DNA of 64,000 nt, taken from the NCBI GenBank assembly GCA_023898385.1, contig CP060220.1, positions 1,228,993 to 1,292,992 on the forward strand, in the 5' to 3' direction. The first letter of the stretch is position 1. Each line of letters opens with the position of its first letter. The DNA comes from Pseudobdellovibrionaceae bacterium (lineage in GTDB: Bacteria > Bdellovibrionota > Bdellovibrionia > Bdellovibrionales > UBA1609). The position numbers and the translations under genes were made by a program. The notes beneath the pieces were generated by a model. That model ran no database searches, had not been told where the DNA came from, and was given only the letters and a program-made list of their open reading frames with translations. Of this stretch, positions 17,976 to 27,522 are shown one piece after another.

Positions 17976-19415
17976 CTAATCAGCCCAACTTTTCTGTTGG
18001 GAGGCCCAACTTGTGCAGGGGCGGCCACCGCCATCGTCGTACTGTTCTGAAGTACACACTCGAAACTTCGCACCATACAAGGAAATATCAAGGTAGGCGG
18101 TTCCAACTCCCGCGCTGGCAACTCCTACATTTTGGGGAAAATAACCGCTTTCACCTTTTTTAAACTTGTGTTGCCCACAAGTGGCCAAATAAATGTTTGG
18201 AATAGGACTGCAACCTGAATACTTGGGCCATCCATTTTCAACAATCGCAAAATACTTAAAAGATCCTGACTCAAACGTGATTGACCTCCCATTGAGGTAA
18301 CTCGGGTAGGGTCCCGCACCTGGCGCGAGCCCTTGTTGGTCTGGTTTAGTGTCACCAGGCTTGGTACGGGTCGATGTGCAAATGGGCTCACCACTGGCCG
18401 TGTAACCTTCAAGCGTCTCATTTTTCTTACAAGTTGGCAGGACAGAAAATAGCGGAGCGCAAAGACTCTGCCCCTTGGCGTCTATTCCCGTCATGATCTG
18501 CCCCTGTGGGCATTGGCCTGCTGCTGATTTGGTAGGCAGGGTGCATGACTTTTCGCTACCATCCCACTTGCCTCCTAAGGCCAAACACGTTTGTCGCATA
18601 GCTGAGTTGATAGTTTTAGAAAGCGAACATTTGTTTTTGATAGGGTCATAATCCCCGCCGAGAGAGCGGCAGGTCTCCTTCACCTGGCTTGGCAAGTCGC
18701 AAGTTTGTGTGGCATCGTTGAATCGCCCACCTGCAGCTTCACAACTGGTTTTGACGTCATTCGGCAGTTGGCATTTACCTGAGGCATCGTCAAAGGTACC
18801 GCCAATGGCGACACAGCTAGCATCAAGGGATAGTCCTGTGCCGGGCTTGTGAATTTCAAAATCATAACGGCTAATGTTAAAAGGCACTTTATTGGAACTC
18901 ATTTCATATTCAAAGTTCACCTGAACTTTTACAGCTGGACGCTTACACGAAGCTTGATCACAACCACCCAAATCCGTATCGGGCAACCAAGTCACTTTGA
19001 CGCCAATAGGACATTTGTCACTAACACCAAACTCGGAGCATGATTCACCAGTTCGGGTGAACCCTTTTTTGGCGTCAGTGAAATCAAATTTAACATTTCC
19101 TTTAGCGTCTTTGACCTGCAACAGTTTGACTTTTTTGGCATCGCCACCTGCTTCGACGAGCGATTTACAATTAAAGTCGCCAGATAAATCTGTCAGGCAG
19201 GTGCCATCTATGGATTGATACCAGGACTCTTCGGCAGTGAGGTAAGAGCGAATGCTGTCACTGATGTTCTGCACTGTCATTCTAAGTTCAACGACATTTT
19301 GAGACTTTAGCATTTGGGTCATCATACCTGCTGTACCGGCAACGACAATCCCTAAAATGCCAACGGCCACTAAGACTTCAACAATAGTCATCCCGCGATG
19401 ATTTATATGTTTCAT
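17976..19415 (-). CDS. large type IV pilin-like protein (prepilin N-terminal methylation motif) with Cys-loop repeats
   Basis: Start MKHINHRGMTIVEVLVAVGILGIVVAG, giving a G/MTIVE prepilin cleavage-methylation motif and a hydrophobic alpha1 helix. 479 aa, with roughly 30 Cys by eye. Confidence 0.75.
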   Translation of the reverse strand: MKHINHRGMTIVEVLVAVGILGIVVAGTAGMMTQMLKSQNVVELRMTVQNISDSIRSYLTAEESWYQSIDGTCLTDLSGDFNCKSLVEAGGDAKKVKLLQVKDAKGNVKFDFTDAKKGFTRTGESCSEFGVSDKCPIGVKVTWLPDTDLGGCDQASCKRPAVKVQVNFEYEMSSNKVPFNISRYDFEIHKPGTGLSLDASCVAIGGTFDDASGKCQLPNDVKTSCEAAGGRFNDATQTCDLPSQVKETCRSLGGDYDPIKNKCSLSKTINSAMRQTCLALGGKWDGSEKSCTLPTKSAAGQCPQGQIMTGIDAKGQSLCAPLFSVLPTCKKNETLEGYTASGEPICTSTRTKPGDTKPDQQGLAPGAGPYPSYLNGRSITFESGSFKYFAIVENGWPKYSGCSPIPNIYLATCGQHKFKKGESGYFPQNVGVASAGVGTAYLDISLYGAKFRVCTSEQYDDGGGRPCTSWASQQKSWAD

Positions 19416-19438
19416 CGGAATCCCCCAAAAATTCGCCC

Positions 19439-19455
19439 TGCGAATATACTCCCCA
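19439..19455 (-). promoter_or_regulatory. candidate sigma-54-type promoter upstream of the pilin-like gene
   Basis: The minus strand reads TGGGGAGTATATTCGCA, with correct GG-N10-GC spacing but an imperfect -24 box, about 25 nt upstream of the ATG at 19415. Confidence 0.3.
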
Positions 19456-19596
19456 CACCTCAAAATTCTAGCATAGATTTTCAACCATCGACGAATCAAA
19501 TACACTGAGGCCCATAGATTTGATCTGACGTCTCAAAATGATACCCCCGCGTCCCGATCACCGTCGATGGTGATTGATGTACTGAGATTGATCGCA

Positions 19597-20043
19597 CTAA
19601 TTCCCCAATCGGTAATTGATTATCTCTCGCACATCAGGGCGACAAGTGCCACATGCCGTGCTGGCTGATGTCTGTCGGCTCACTTCTTCTGGAGTGTGGG
19701 CTCCGGTGATGATGGCCATATCCACCACACGGGCTGGAACCGCTCGACAGTGACAGAGTTCTTCTTCTGCAAATGGAAAATTCCACTTCCCTTGTGCTTT
19801 TAATACCACTTCACGCATCAGTATGGCGGCGGCAGAAACCCCTTGGGGCACTTCTAGTTTTGCCAAAGATCCAGTGAATTTAGGCCGCCAGTCTTCCAGC
19901 GCCTGCAATAACTCAGGTCCACCAACACCGGTAAGACGTGAACTCTTAATAACATCGCCACCATCTAGCTTAAGATTTAAATGAATTTCTTCTCGCCCAG
20001 GCAGGCCAACACTTATATCTAAGGAATCCATGCCACTCCTCAA
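19597..20043 (-). CDS. protein with a C-terminal BFD-like [2Fe-2S]-binding domain
   Basis: CHCRAV...ACGTCRPDV (C-x-C...C-x2-C). The N-terminal ~90 aa are unassigned. Confidence 0.6.
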   Translation of the reverse strand: MRSGMDSLDISVGLPGREEIHLNLKLDGGDVIKSSRLTGVGGPELLQALEDWRPKFTGSLAKLEVPQGVSAAAILMREVVLKAQGKWNFPFAEEELCHCRAVPARVVDMAIITGAHTPEEVSRQTSASTACGTCRPDVREIINYRLGN

Positions 20044-20678
20044 CTAAAAAAACCAGCGACAATACTCGCCGCCAACTGAATATTTGCTTCTAAGAGTATA
20101 CCTGATTTTGCCCTGGGTTTGAAACTGTGATCACCGTCGGGCAAATATTCAACGGAAATATGGGCTGAAAGGTCGTAACCCTGCACTTCTTCGGCCCCGC
20201 CGAAGGGATCTCGCTCCCCCTGCAGTATCAAGGTGGAGGTTTTGAGGCTTTTTAAGTGTTCCACCCTCAGAGTGCCTGGACGACCTGGCGGATGAAAAGG
20301 ATATCCCAAGCACAACAAGCCCCTGACCGATAACGAATCAGTAATCATACTGGCCACTCTTCCCCCCATGGATTTGCCGCCGATGATCAGATCTTCAGGC
20401 CCACCAACGGCGTCTATAGCCTGCAAAAAACTTGATCGCAACACCGGCATGCGATCAGGAGATCTTCTTGTCCCCCCATTGCGACGTTGACTCATATAGG
20501 GAAATTCAAATCGAACCACTTGGAAGTCAAATGCCGCCAGCTCACCGGCAATGTCGTTCATAAAGTCGCTGTCCATAGGGGCGCCTGCGCCATGTGCAAG
20601 TAAAATTTTTCGAGTGGATTTCGCAGGCCCATCAATTAAAAAATTCATATTCTCCCAATCAATGCAATTTGGCTTCAA
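20040..20678 (-). CDS. alpha/beta-fold hydrolase (COG3571-like)
   Basis: Nucleophile elbow GGKSMGGRVAS. HGAGAPMDS near the N-terminus, GDH near the C-terminus. Confidence 0.7.
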   Translation of the reverse strand: MKPNCIDWENMNFLIDGPAKSTRKILLAHGAGAPMDSDFMNDIAGELAAFDFQVVRFEFPYMSQRRNGGTRRSPDRMPVLRSSFLQAIDAVGGPEDLIIGGKSMGGRVASMITDSLSVRGLLCLGYPFHPPGRPGTLRVEHLKSLKTSTLILQGERDPFGGAEEVQGYDLSAHISVEYLPDGDHSFKPRAKSGILLEANIQLAASIVAGFFS

Positions 20679-21519
20679 TAAACAGCGGTTCGTGATCGGA
20701 GCTGTCTACATAATCAAGAATGTGGGAACGTTTTACATCCAACCCCCGCACAAAAATATGATCCAACTCAAAAAAACGATGATCCCTCGGCCACGTCACA
20801 TGCACTAAGTCCTGTGATTGAGTCATTTTAACTAAAAACTTTCGCCTATCCGCATTCCAGGTGTTAAAATCTCCACCCAACAATATCGGCCCTCTGTGTT
20901 GGGCGAGTTCGTTAAACAATTGGCGAATCTGCTTTTTAAAATCTGAATTGGCCACAAAGTTAATCCCGTGAATATTGGCCACCAAAAGGGGTTCTCTTTC
21001 GCCTTCAATGGGATACTCCGCAAGCAGCACCATTTTTGGCGTATTAATAATCGGCTCCCTTGGTTCACTTCGTAAAAATTTGAGAGAAGAAATAGCAAAT
21101 CGAGACCCTGTGGAGACACCCGTTCCTACTTTTTCGTCAAAAAAACTAATGGCCGAATGCCAAGCCATACCGTTCACTCTGTTAAATGCATTTGTGAAAG
21201 AAGTGCTGGTCAATGTCTCTTGCAGCAGAACAAAATCACTGGCTTCAGAATAGACCTGTAAGTCCGGCAACAGTCGGTCGCGTTGGCCCTTGTACACATT
21301 CCAAACAAAAATTTTTAAACTCGCGCTTTTTTCAAGAAGTTGCGCCACAGCGGGGCCGTCTTCACGCAACACCTCTTCATCCGGTGGGATATCATAAAAA
21401 AACCCCAACGGGTCGGCCGCATCCACCACTCCCTGGGGCCACACCGAAGTGGCCTGTACCGGTCCGCCAACACTTAAAATCCACCCAATAATCCAAACAA
21501 TAATCCACCTTAGGTTCAT
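20659..21519 (-). CDS. secreted endonuclease/exonuclease/phosphatase (EEP) family protein
   Basis: Signal peptide; VWNVYKG, LLQE, ANIHGINF, GGDFNTW and SDHEPL motifs. Confidence 0.8.
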   Translation of the reverse strand: MNLRWIIVWIIGWILSVGGPVQATSVWPQGVVDAADPLGFFYDIPPDEEVLREDGPAVAQLLEKSASLKIFVWNVYKGQRDRLLPDLQVYSEASDFVLLQETLTSTSFTNAFNRVNGMAWHSAISFFDEKVGTGVSTGSRFAISSLKFLRSEPREPIINTPKMVLLAEYPIEGEREPLLVANIHGINFVANSDFKKQIRQLFNELAQHRGPILLGGDFNTWNADRRKFLVKMTQSQDLVHVTWPRDHRFFELDHIFVRGLDVKRSHILDYVDSSDHEPLFIEAKLH

Positions 21520-21636
21520 CCCACCCCTCCCTGGTACTGGAACTAAAAATCAGATCCTTTATTCAAGATCAGTCTTGTAAAAAATGAAACCCATTTTACT
21601 TTTGCACCGGGTTATTTTCTGTGGCAGAAGAGAGGG

Positions 21637-22413
21637 GTGACTCGCCTTAGCGTAAATGTGAACAAAATCGCCACGCTGCGAAATGCGCGCGGACATGATC
21701 TTCCCCATCTCGAAACCGTGGCTCGTGATATCGTGGGCTTTGGTGCGGGGGGAATTACCGTTCATCCTCGTCCAGACGAGCGACATATTCGCTATGAAGA
21801 TGTTTACGTTTTATCGAAAATGCTCCACACCATTAACTTGCAAAACCATGGCCACTCGCTGGTGGAGTATAATATTGAAGGCTACCCGAGCCCGAAGTTT
21901 ATGCAATTGATGGCAGAAGTGAAGCCCACCCAATGCACGCTGGTGCCCGACCCTCCTGATGCGATCACCTCCAACGCGGGGTGGAACGTAAAAAAGGACA
22001 GGGATATGCTCACTGAGGTGATCAGTGAACTCTCTAAAAACGGCATTCGGAGTTCTTTGTTTGTGGATCCTAATGACATTGATACGCAACAAGTAGAAGC
22101 CTTGCTGCAAGTGAAACCCGATCGGGTCGAGCTCTATACAGAAGCGTATGCCAATGCCTTTGGCACAGAGTCTGAAGAATCGGTCACCGAACTTTATAAC
22201 CGAGTGGCTATTGAACTCTATGATCTTGGAATTGGCATCAATGCCGGCCACGACCTAAACCTACAAAACGTTGGCCCTCTTGTAAAAACCATACCCGTTA
22301 TCGACGAAGTGTCTATTGGCCACGCTCTTATTTCTGAGGCGCTATATTTGGGGCTTGAAGAAACCATCAAACGATACCTGCAAAGACTCGGCCCCAGCAC
22401 CCCTTCTACTTAG
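21637..22413 (+). CDS. pdxJ: pyridoxine 5'-phosphate synthase PdxJ
   Basis: LSVNVNKIATLRNARG...ITVHPRPDERHI...EVSIGHALI. GTG start. Confidence 0.9.
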   Translation: MTRLSVNVNKIATLRNARGHDLPHLETVARDIVGFGAGGITVHPRPDERHIRYEDVYVLSKMLHTINLQNHGHSLVEYNIEGYPSPKFMQLMAEVKPTQCTLVPDPPDAITSNAGWNVKKDRDMLTEVISELSKNGIRSSLFVDPNDIDTQQVEALLQVKPDRVELYTEAYANAFGTESEESVTELYNRVAIELYDLGIGINAGHDLNLQNVGPLVKTIPVIDEVSIGHALISEALYLGLEETIKRYLQRLGPSTPST

Positions 22414-22418
22414 AGAGC

Positions 22419-23186
22419 ATGGCCATGGACGTGCATCTGCTCCCCGCATTTAAAGATAACTATATCTACCTCGTTCACGATCCCCTTAAACATATAAATA
22501 TCGTGGTGGACCCTGGCGATTCCGACGTGGTGAAAATGTTTTTATCGGATCGACAATGGGACCTCCATGCCATACTCATCACTCATCACCATTGGGATCA
22601 TATTGATGGTGTCGAAGAACTTCAAAACTCCTTTAAATGCCAGGTCATTGGCTCGGTATATGATCAATCTCGCCTGCCGCCCCTCACTCAGAGGGTCCAA
22701 GGAGGTGACTGCCTTGAAATAGGCTCTGCGTCCATACAGGTTTTGTTTGTGCCAGGTCATACCACTGGACACATCGCCTACTATTTTTCTGATCAACAGT
22801 GGCTGTTTGTGGGCGACACTTTGTTTTCTATGGGATGTGGTCGCATTTTTGAGGGCACACCGGAGATGCTGTTTAATAGTCTGCAACAGCTTTTGCTTTT
22901 GCCTGATTCTGGAAAAGTCTTCTGCACCCACGAGTACACGCTCACAAATGCCAAATTCGCACTTCAGTTTGAGCCAAACAATCCAGATTTGCTTTTAAGA
23001 ATAAAGCAGGCCGAGGCTTTGCGCGCAAACCACCAGCCCACTCTACCGACGACAATCATGCAAGAAAAGGCGACCAATCCCTTTTTGCGACTTAAAAGCC
23101 CTGCAATCAGGCAAAGTTTAAACATGGCTACGGCCACAGACCTTGAAGTTTTCACCCGACTTAGAGAGCTTCGAAATCAATTTTAA
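22419..23186 (+). CDS. gloB: hydroxyacylglutathione hydrolase (glyoxalase II)
   Basis: DNYIYLV, THHHWDHIDG, PGHTTGHI and TLFSMGCGR motifs. 255 aa. Confidence 0.9.
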   Translation: MAMDVHLLPAFKDNYIYLVHDPLKHINIVVDPGDSDVVKMFLSDRQWDLHAILITHHHWDHIDGVEELQNSFKCQVIGSVYDQSRLPPLTQRVQGGDCLEIGSASIQVLFVPGHTTGHIAYYFSDQQWLFVGDTLFSMGCGRIFEGTPEMLFNSLQQLLLLPDSGKVFCTHEYTLTNAKFALQFEPNNPDLLLRIKQAEALRANHQPTLPTTIMQEKATNPFLRLKSPAIRQSLNMATATDLEVFTRLRELRNQF

Positions 23187-23539
23187 AGATCTGTGTACTT
23201 TTCAAATCGGCCTTTTGATTTTTCAATGGGGTACTTGGCTGTATTTTTTTGCAATTTATCATAGAAAGCTTGAGTTAAATCAAACTTGTTTCTTTGCGAG
23301 AACCGGAGCAAGAAAAACAAAATATCTGCCAACTCTTCACCCACCGCTTCTCGCTTATCAGAATCTTGCAGGAGGTCTTGTGCCCGCTGTTCGTCCAGAA
23401 ATCGAAAATGCTGTAGAAGTTCGCTTGATTCTGTAACAAGGCCAATAGCCAGATCTTTCGGACCATGAAATTGGTCCCAGTCTCGATCGGTGCAAAATTG
23501 AACCACAGATTCAGTCATTTCTTGTAGAGTTTTTTCCAT
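23183..23539 (-). CDS. MazG-like nucleotide pyrophosphohydrolase
   Basis: Start MEKTLQEMTE. FCTDRDWDQFHGPKDLAIGLVTESSELLQHFRF...EELADILFFLLRF is the typical small MazG/YpjD pattern. Confidence 0.8.
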   Translation of the reverse strand: MEKTLQEMTESVVQFCTDRDWDQFHGPKDLAIGLVTESSELLQHFRFLDEQRAQDLLQDSDKREAVGEELADILFFLLRFSQRNKFDLTQAFYDKLQKNTAKYPIEKSKGRFEKYTDL

Positions 23540-23669
23540 AGCTGGGCACCATAGTCGGGTACAAGCTAGAAGGCAATCCCGGCGTGGCAAGATGCACGAC
23601 TTCGGTCTTACGACTCGGCGGCAGTCTAGATTTCAAACAGCCTCCTAAAACCTATTACGTTTTAAACAC

Positions 23670-25847
23670 TTGCTACCGATAGAGACTATGAACCTGGAGG
23701 AACTCATGCGTCGAAATATTGTTCGCCTAGTAATAGCCATGTGCATATCAGCAGCCGGCTTTTTTGGCACCCATGTGTGGTATGAAAACGGCCGTGTGGC
23801 ACCTCTTGTGGATCGAAATCAAGCCGTTCTGGCCCGTCTTGTAGAGCACGTAAACGAAGTGGAACGACGCCCACTTTCGCAACTGATGTGGGAAGTTATC
23901 GGCCAAAACGAAAACCTCCACGCCGGTGAATCCATTCGAACCACATCTAACTCTGAAGCCCGCATTATGTTTTTAAGCACGGGCGCTGTTATTGAACTTG
24001 AACCCGACTCAGAAGTTATTATTGAAGAAAGTGCCGACGGTATCGCCCTTGATTTCTTAAAAGGTAACCTTTTTGTAAAAAGCGGCACCAAAGGTCAAGA
24101 TACTGGCAAAGGCATTACCCTCAAGTCAGGAAATAGTAAAATTGCTCTTAACAAAGCAGATATCAGTCTTTCAAAAGCAAAAGAAAGCAACAAAGTGGAT
24201 CTTCAGGTTTTTGGCGGAACAGCTGCCGTAACCCAAGGAGATAAAACCATTCAATTGGACGAAACCAAAGCTGGTACTCTCACCACCACAGGCGTTAAAG
24301 AAACTGAGGAGATCATTAATATTCTTGCTCCAACACCTGGTGAGCCTGTTTATTTTGATCCAGACAAAAAAGAAACTGTGACCTTCACTTGGGAAAAATT
24401 GCCTAAGGGCTACACAGTAGCTCTATTGGGTGGAGCTCGGCGCACAAAACTTAAAGAAATCAACAATGTTACTGCAAACGGCGAAACCGGAACTCTTTCA
24501 TTCTTACCTAAAAAAGTGGGCAAGTTTTATTGGCAGTTAGTGGCAAAGTCGTCCCAGCAAGATCTGCCAGAACGAAAATCTAAAACTCTTCCCATCGAAC
24601 TTGTCGCGAAAACGGCGCCAGTGCCTCTCTCACCCGCACCCAATGAAAAATTAGCTCTTGAGGTGGAACAGCCCAACGTGGAATTCAACTGGACATCTCC
24701 CATGCCTTTTGAAAACTACTTTATTGAAATCGCCACAGACTCACAACTTAAAGAACAAGTGGCCAAACAGTCTATTGAAAAGACTGTGACTTCGTTTTCT
24801 TTTAAGCCCAACAAATCGGGCAAGTACTTCTGGCGAATCACCGGATATATGAAAATAAAAGGACAGCCCGCTGGTATTTCTAGCGGCATTCAATCGTTCA
24901 CAGCTCAAGTGGGCATTAAACTGCTGCCTCCTGAGTTGCGCTCGCCCGTGGCTGACCAGGCACTGCCATTTCAACAGGTGCAAGCTAAGGGTATCACTTT
25001 CTCTTGGGACTCTGCTGCCGGAGCTGAAAAGTATCGCGTTGCTGTCCAGACCGTAACAAAAGAAGGTCTCTCTCAACCCGAAGTGAAAGAATTTTTCACA
25101 TCTCCTGGCAAATGGGAGTCAATGAAACCCGGCACTTATAGATGGACCGTAACTAGCCTTGGTGCAAAAAATAAAATTTCTGATCCCTCGCCGGCCCGCC
25201 AGTTTACAGTGAACACCCTACCTAAAGTCAATTGGGTGGGCGGCCCAGAACCCAGTGAATTTTTGTACTTTACAAACAAACCCTACTTGCAGGCCCGCTG
25301 GATTCCTGATGTAAAAGGAGCAAAAGCCTGGCGCGTTCGATTTGCAGTATCTGGCTTTCTTGATGAAGAAGGCAAGTGGATTAAGACCGACAAACCCTAC
25401 ATCCGAAAATACGTCAATGGCAACGGCACCTTTGATGTGGAAGTCGAAGCTTTAGATGACAATGGACAAGTGATTGCAAGAAGTAGTGTGAAACAAATTG
25501 TTGTTAAAGAAAAGCCCCTACTGCCACCACCCAGCTTTGCTAAAAATATCCCCGAAGTTATTAAATCAGATAAAAGCGGTAACTTAGATGTTCAGTGGCT
25601 GCCTGTGGACGGGGCTGAATCCTACCAAGTGATTTTGCAATCACCCGATGGCAAAGTGCTGCAAGAAAAAAAGGTCACGAGAAGCTTAGCCTCGCTGAAC
25701 AAATTAAAACCCGGTAATTATAAGGTCTCTGTAAAAGCCATTGATAAACACAACCGACCCAGTAAGGCCGGAGACACAAAAGAAGTGAATGTGCCAAAGG
25801 TCAGTAACATTGCGGCACCAAAGATTAGAAATATTAAGGTTAAATAG
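23670..25847 (+). CDS. membrane-anchored FecR-like domain protein with about 6 FN3/Ig-like repeats
   Basis: N-terminal TM, then a FecR-like segment (GESIRTTSNSEARIMFLSTGAVIELEPDSEVII). Repeated modules follow, each with x-F-x-W...G-A-x-x-Y-x-V (TFTWEKL, VEFNWTS, ITFSWDSAAGAEKYRV, LDVQWLPVDGAESYQV). Confidence 0.6.
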   Translation: MLPIETMNLEELMRRNIVRLVIAMCISAAGFFGTHVWYENGRVAPLVDRNQAVLARLVEHVNEVERRPLSQLMWEVIGQNENLHAGESIRTTSNSEARIMFLSTGAVIELEPDSEVIIEESADGIALDFLKGNLFVKSGTKGQDTGKGITLKSGNSKIALNKADISLSKAKESNKVDLQVFGGTAAVTQGDKTIQLDETKAGTLTTTGVKETEEIINILAPTPGEPVYFDPDKKETVTFTWEKLPKGYTVALLGGARRTKLKEINNVTANGETGTLSFLPKKVGKFYWQLVAKSSQQDLPERKSKTLPIELVAKTAPVPLSPAPNEKLALEVEQPNVEFNWTSPMPFENYFIEIATDSQLKEQVAKQSIEKTVTSFSFKPNKSGKYFWRITGYMKIKGQPAGISSGIQSFTAQVGIKLLPPELRSPVADQALPFQQVQAKGITFSWDSAAGAEKYRVAVQTVTKEGLSQPEVKEFFTSPGKWESMKPGTYRWTVTSLGAKNKISDPSPARQFTVNTLPKVNWVGGPEPSEFLYFTNKPYLQARWIPDVKGAKAWRVRFAVSGFLDEEGKWIKTDKPYIRKYVNGNGTFDVEVEALDDNGQVIARSSVKQIVVKEKPLLPPPSFAKNIPEVIKSDKSGNLDVQWLPVDGAESYQVILQSPDGKVLQEKKVTRSLASLNKLKPGNYKVSVKAIDKHNRPSKAGDTKEVNVPKVSNIAAPKIRNIKVK

Positions 25848-27494
25848 TTGAAAACATACAGTGCATATGTATTGACATTAATTTTAGGGATTGGGTTAGC
25901 GATGCTGTCGCTGAGTCCTGCCCATGCCGCAAAGGCCCGTCGCTATGTGAACTTAGAGTGGGAACCTGTGGAAGATGCCACACAATATGAAGTGACAATC
26001 ACCCGCATTCGCAAGGGCGGCGAGCGAGCTAAGCCCAGCACTTTTAAAGTGGGCGAAGCCAAGTGGCGAGGGCAAATTAACCCTGGCAAATACGAAATGC
26101 TATTACGCTCCTATGATGACCGCGGGGTGCCTGGCGGCTGGAGCGAGCCGGTCTTGTTTTTGGTAAAAAATCCGCCACCCGCACGCATTTACCCCACACC
26201 TGATCTCGTGATTGAAACTAAAGAGGCTTCCACATTCGATGTGGAATTTCAATGGCAATCAGAAGAAAATGACAGCGGCTTTCGTTTAGATATTGAGTCC
26301 ACCACGGGCGACTTTAAGAAATCTTATAAAGTATCTGGCACCTCTAAGGAAGTGGATTTGCCTGTGGCTAACACATACAAGTGGCGAGTGACCGCTCTAA
26401 TGGATGCCGATGAAGAAGTGGGCGAAATGAGTGAAGCCATGGACTCTTTCACTCTAAAAGGTCAAAGTCTTGATAAACCCACAATTAAAACTCCCATGTC
26501 CTCTATCGTTGAAACACTCAGCTGGAAGCGCCCTGAACACGCCGAACACTACTCTTATGTTTTAAGTACAAAAAAGCCAGACGGCAAATGGAGCGTGGTT
26601 GATAAAAATGAATCTTACCAGCTGAACAATCTCCCTTTTGATTTGTCTCGTCCAGCCGGCGAATACCGACTAAAAGTGATGGCGCACGCCCATAATCGGG
26701 AGACCTCGTCGGATTCTATAGAGTTTACCTCTGCCGGCAACTTAAGAAACCCTGCCGCCATTGAAGCGGCCAAACTTAAAGAGTCTTTAAATAAACCGAC
26801 ACCCTTTTATTTTATTGCCAGTTACTTTTTAACAAATATGGCCTACCGCGGAGCTAACTTTCAAGAATCCAGCGGCCCGACGGATTTCAGCGCTATTGGC
26901 GGAACTGGGCGTTTAGGGATGGGCTATATCCATCCCCGCTCATCTTGGGGTCTATTTGCCATTGCCGACATGAGTGGCTTCACCGTTGTGGGTGAAACAT
27001 ACACCTTTTTATCAACAGAAGTTCATGGGACATGGACAAAAGATCTTCCCGGCGCCAATCGTCTGCAAGTCACTGGTGGGTTCTACTCTAAAGATCTTCC
27101 TGAGGCCATTGGGACCGCCTCAATCGGTTCAAGCCAAGGGACATTCAGTAAAATGAACACCCTCACCGCCTACGGTGCCCATGGCGGTGTGATTTACCAA
27201 CGGCCCATATCGTCTCGCCTAGGAATAGAACTCAATGCCCGGGTATATCTACCCATCGAAGGTGACAACCCGAACGGAGTCACCCCCGAGTCAACGCTCT
27301 CTTACCAATTGGGTATATTAGGATCATTAAAACTGAATGACAGAACTACGGGTTATGCTGGATACTCAAGACGCCTCGACACACACTACTATCGAGCCCA
27401 ATCTACGGGCAGCAACCCCGTCACTGAAGGCACCAATAACGAAGTTGAGATAGAGGGCAACTACCTCAACTTAAAACTGGAATACTCGTTCTAA
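25848..27494 (+). CDS. outer-membrane protein: N-terminal FN3-like repeats plus C-terminal beta-barrel
   Basis: Signal peptide (AHA-AK); VNLEWEPVEDATQYEV, VEFQWQSE, LSWKRPEHAEHYSY repeats. The C-terminal alternating beta-strand region ends in the aromatic terminus ...LKLEYSF. The start abuts the stop of the upstream gene. Confidence 0.6.
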   Translation: MKTYSAYVLTLILGIGLAMLSLSPAHAAKARRYVNLEWEPVEDATQYEVTITRIRKGGERAKPSTFKVGEAKWRGQINPGKYEMLLRSYDDRGVPGGWSEPVLFLVKNPPPARIYPTPDLVIETKEASTFDVEFQWQSEENDSGFRLDIESTTGDFKKSYKVSGTSKEVDLPVANTYKWRVTALMDADEEVGEMSEAMDSFTLKGQSLDKPTIKTPMSSIVETLSWKRPEHAEHYSYVLSTKKPDGKWSVVDKNESYQLNNLPFDLSRPAGEYRLKVMAHAHNRETSSDSIEFTSAGNLRNPAAIEAAKLKESLNKPTPFYFIASYFLTNMAYRGANFQESSGPTDFSAIGGTGRLGMGYIHPRSSWGLFAIADMSGFTVVGETYTFLSTEVHGTWTKDLPGANRLQVTGGFYSKDLPEAIGTASIGSSQGTFSKMNTLTAYGAHGGVIYQRPISSRLGIELNARVYLPIEGDNPNGVTPESTLSYQLGILGSLKLNDRTTGYAGYSRRLDTHYYRAQSTGSNPVTEGTNNEVEIEGNYLNLKLEYSF

Positions 27495-27522
27495 ATCAAA
27501 TTCACACAGGAACGGCTCAACG

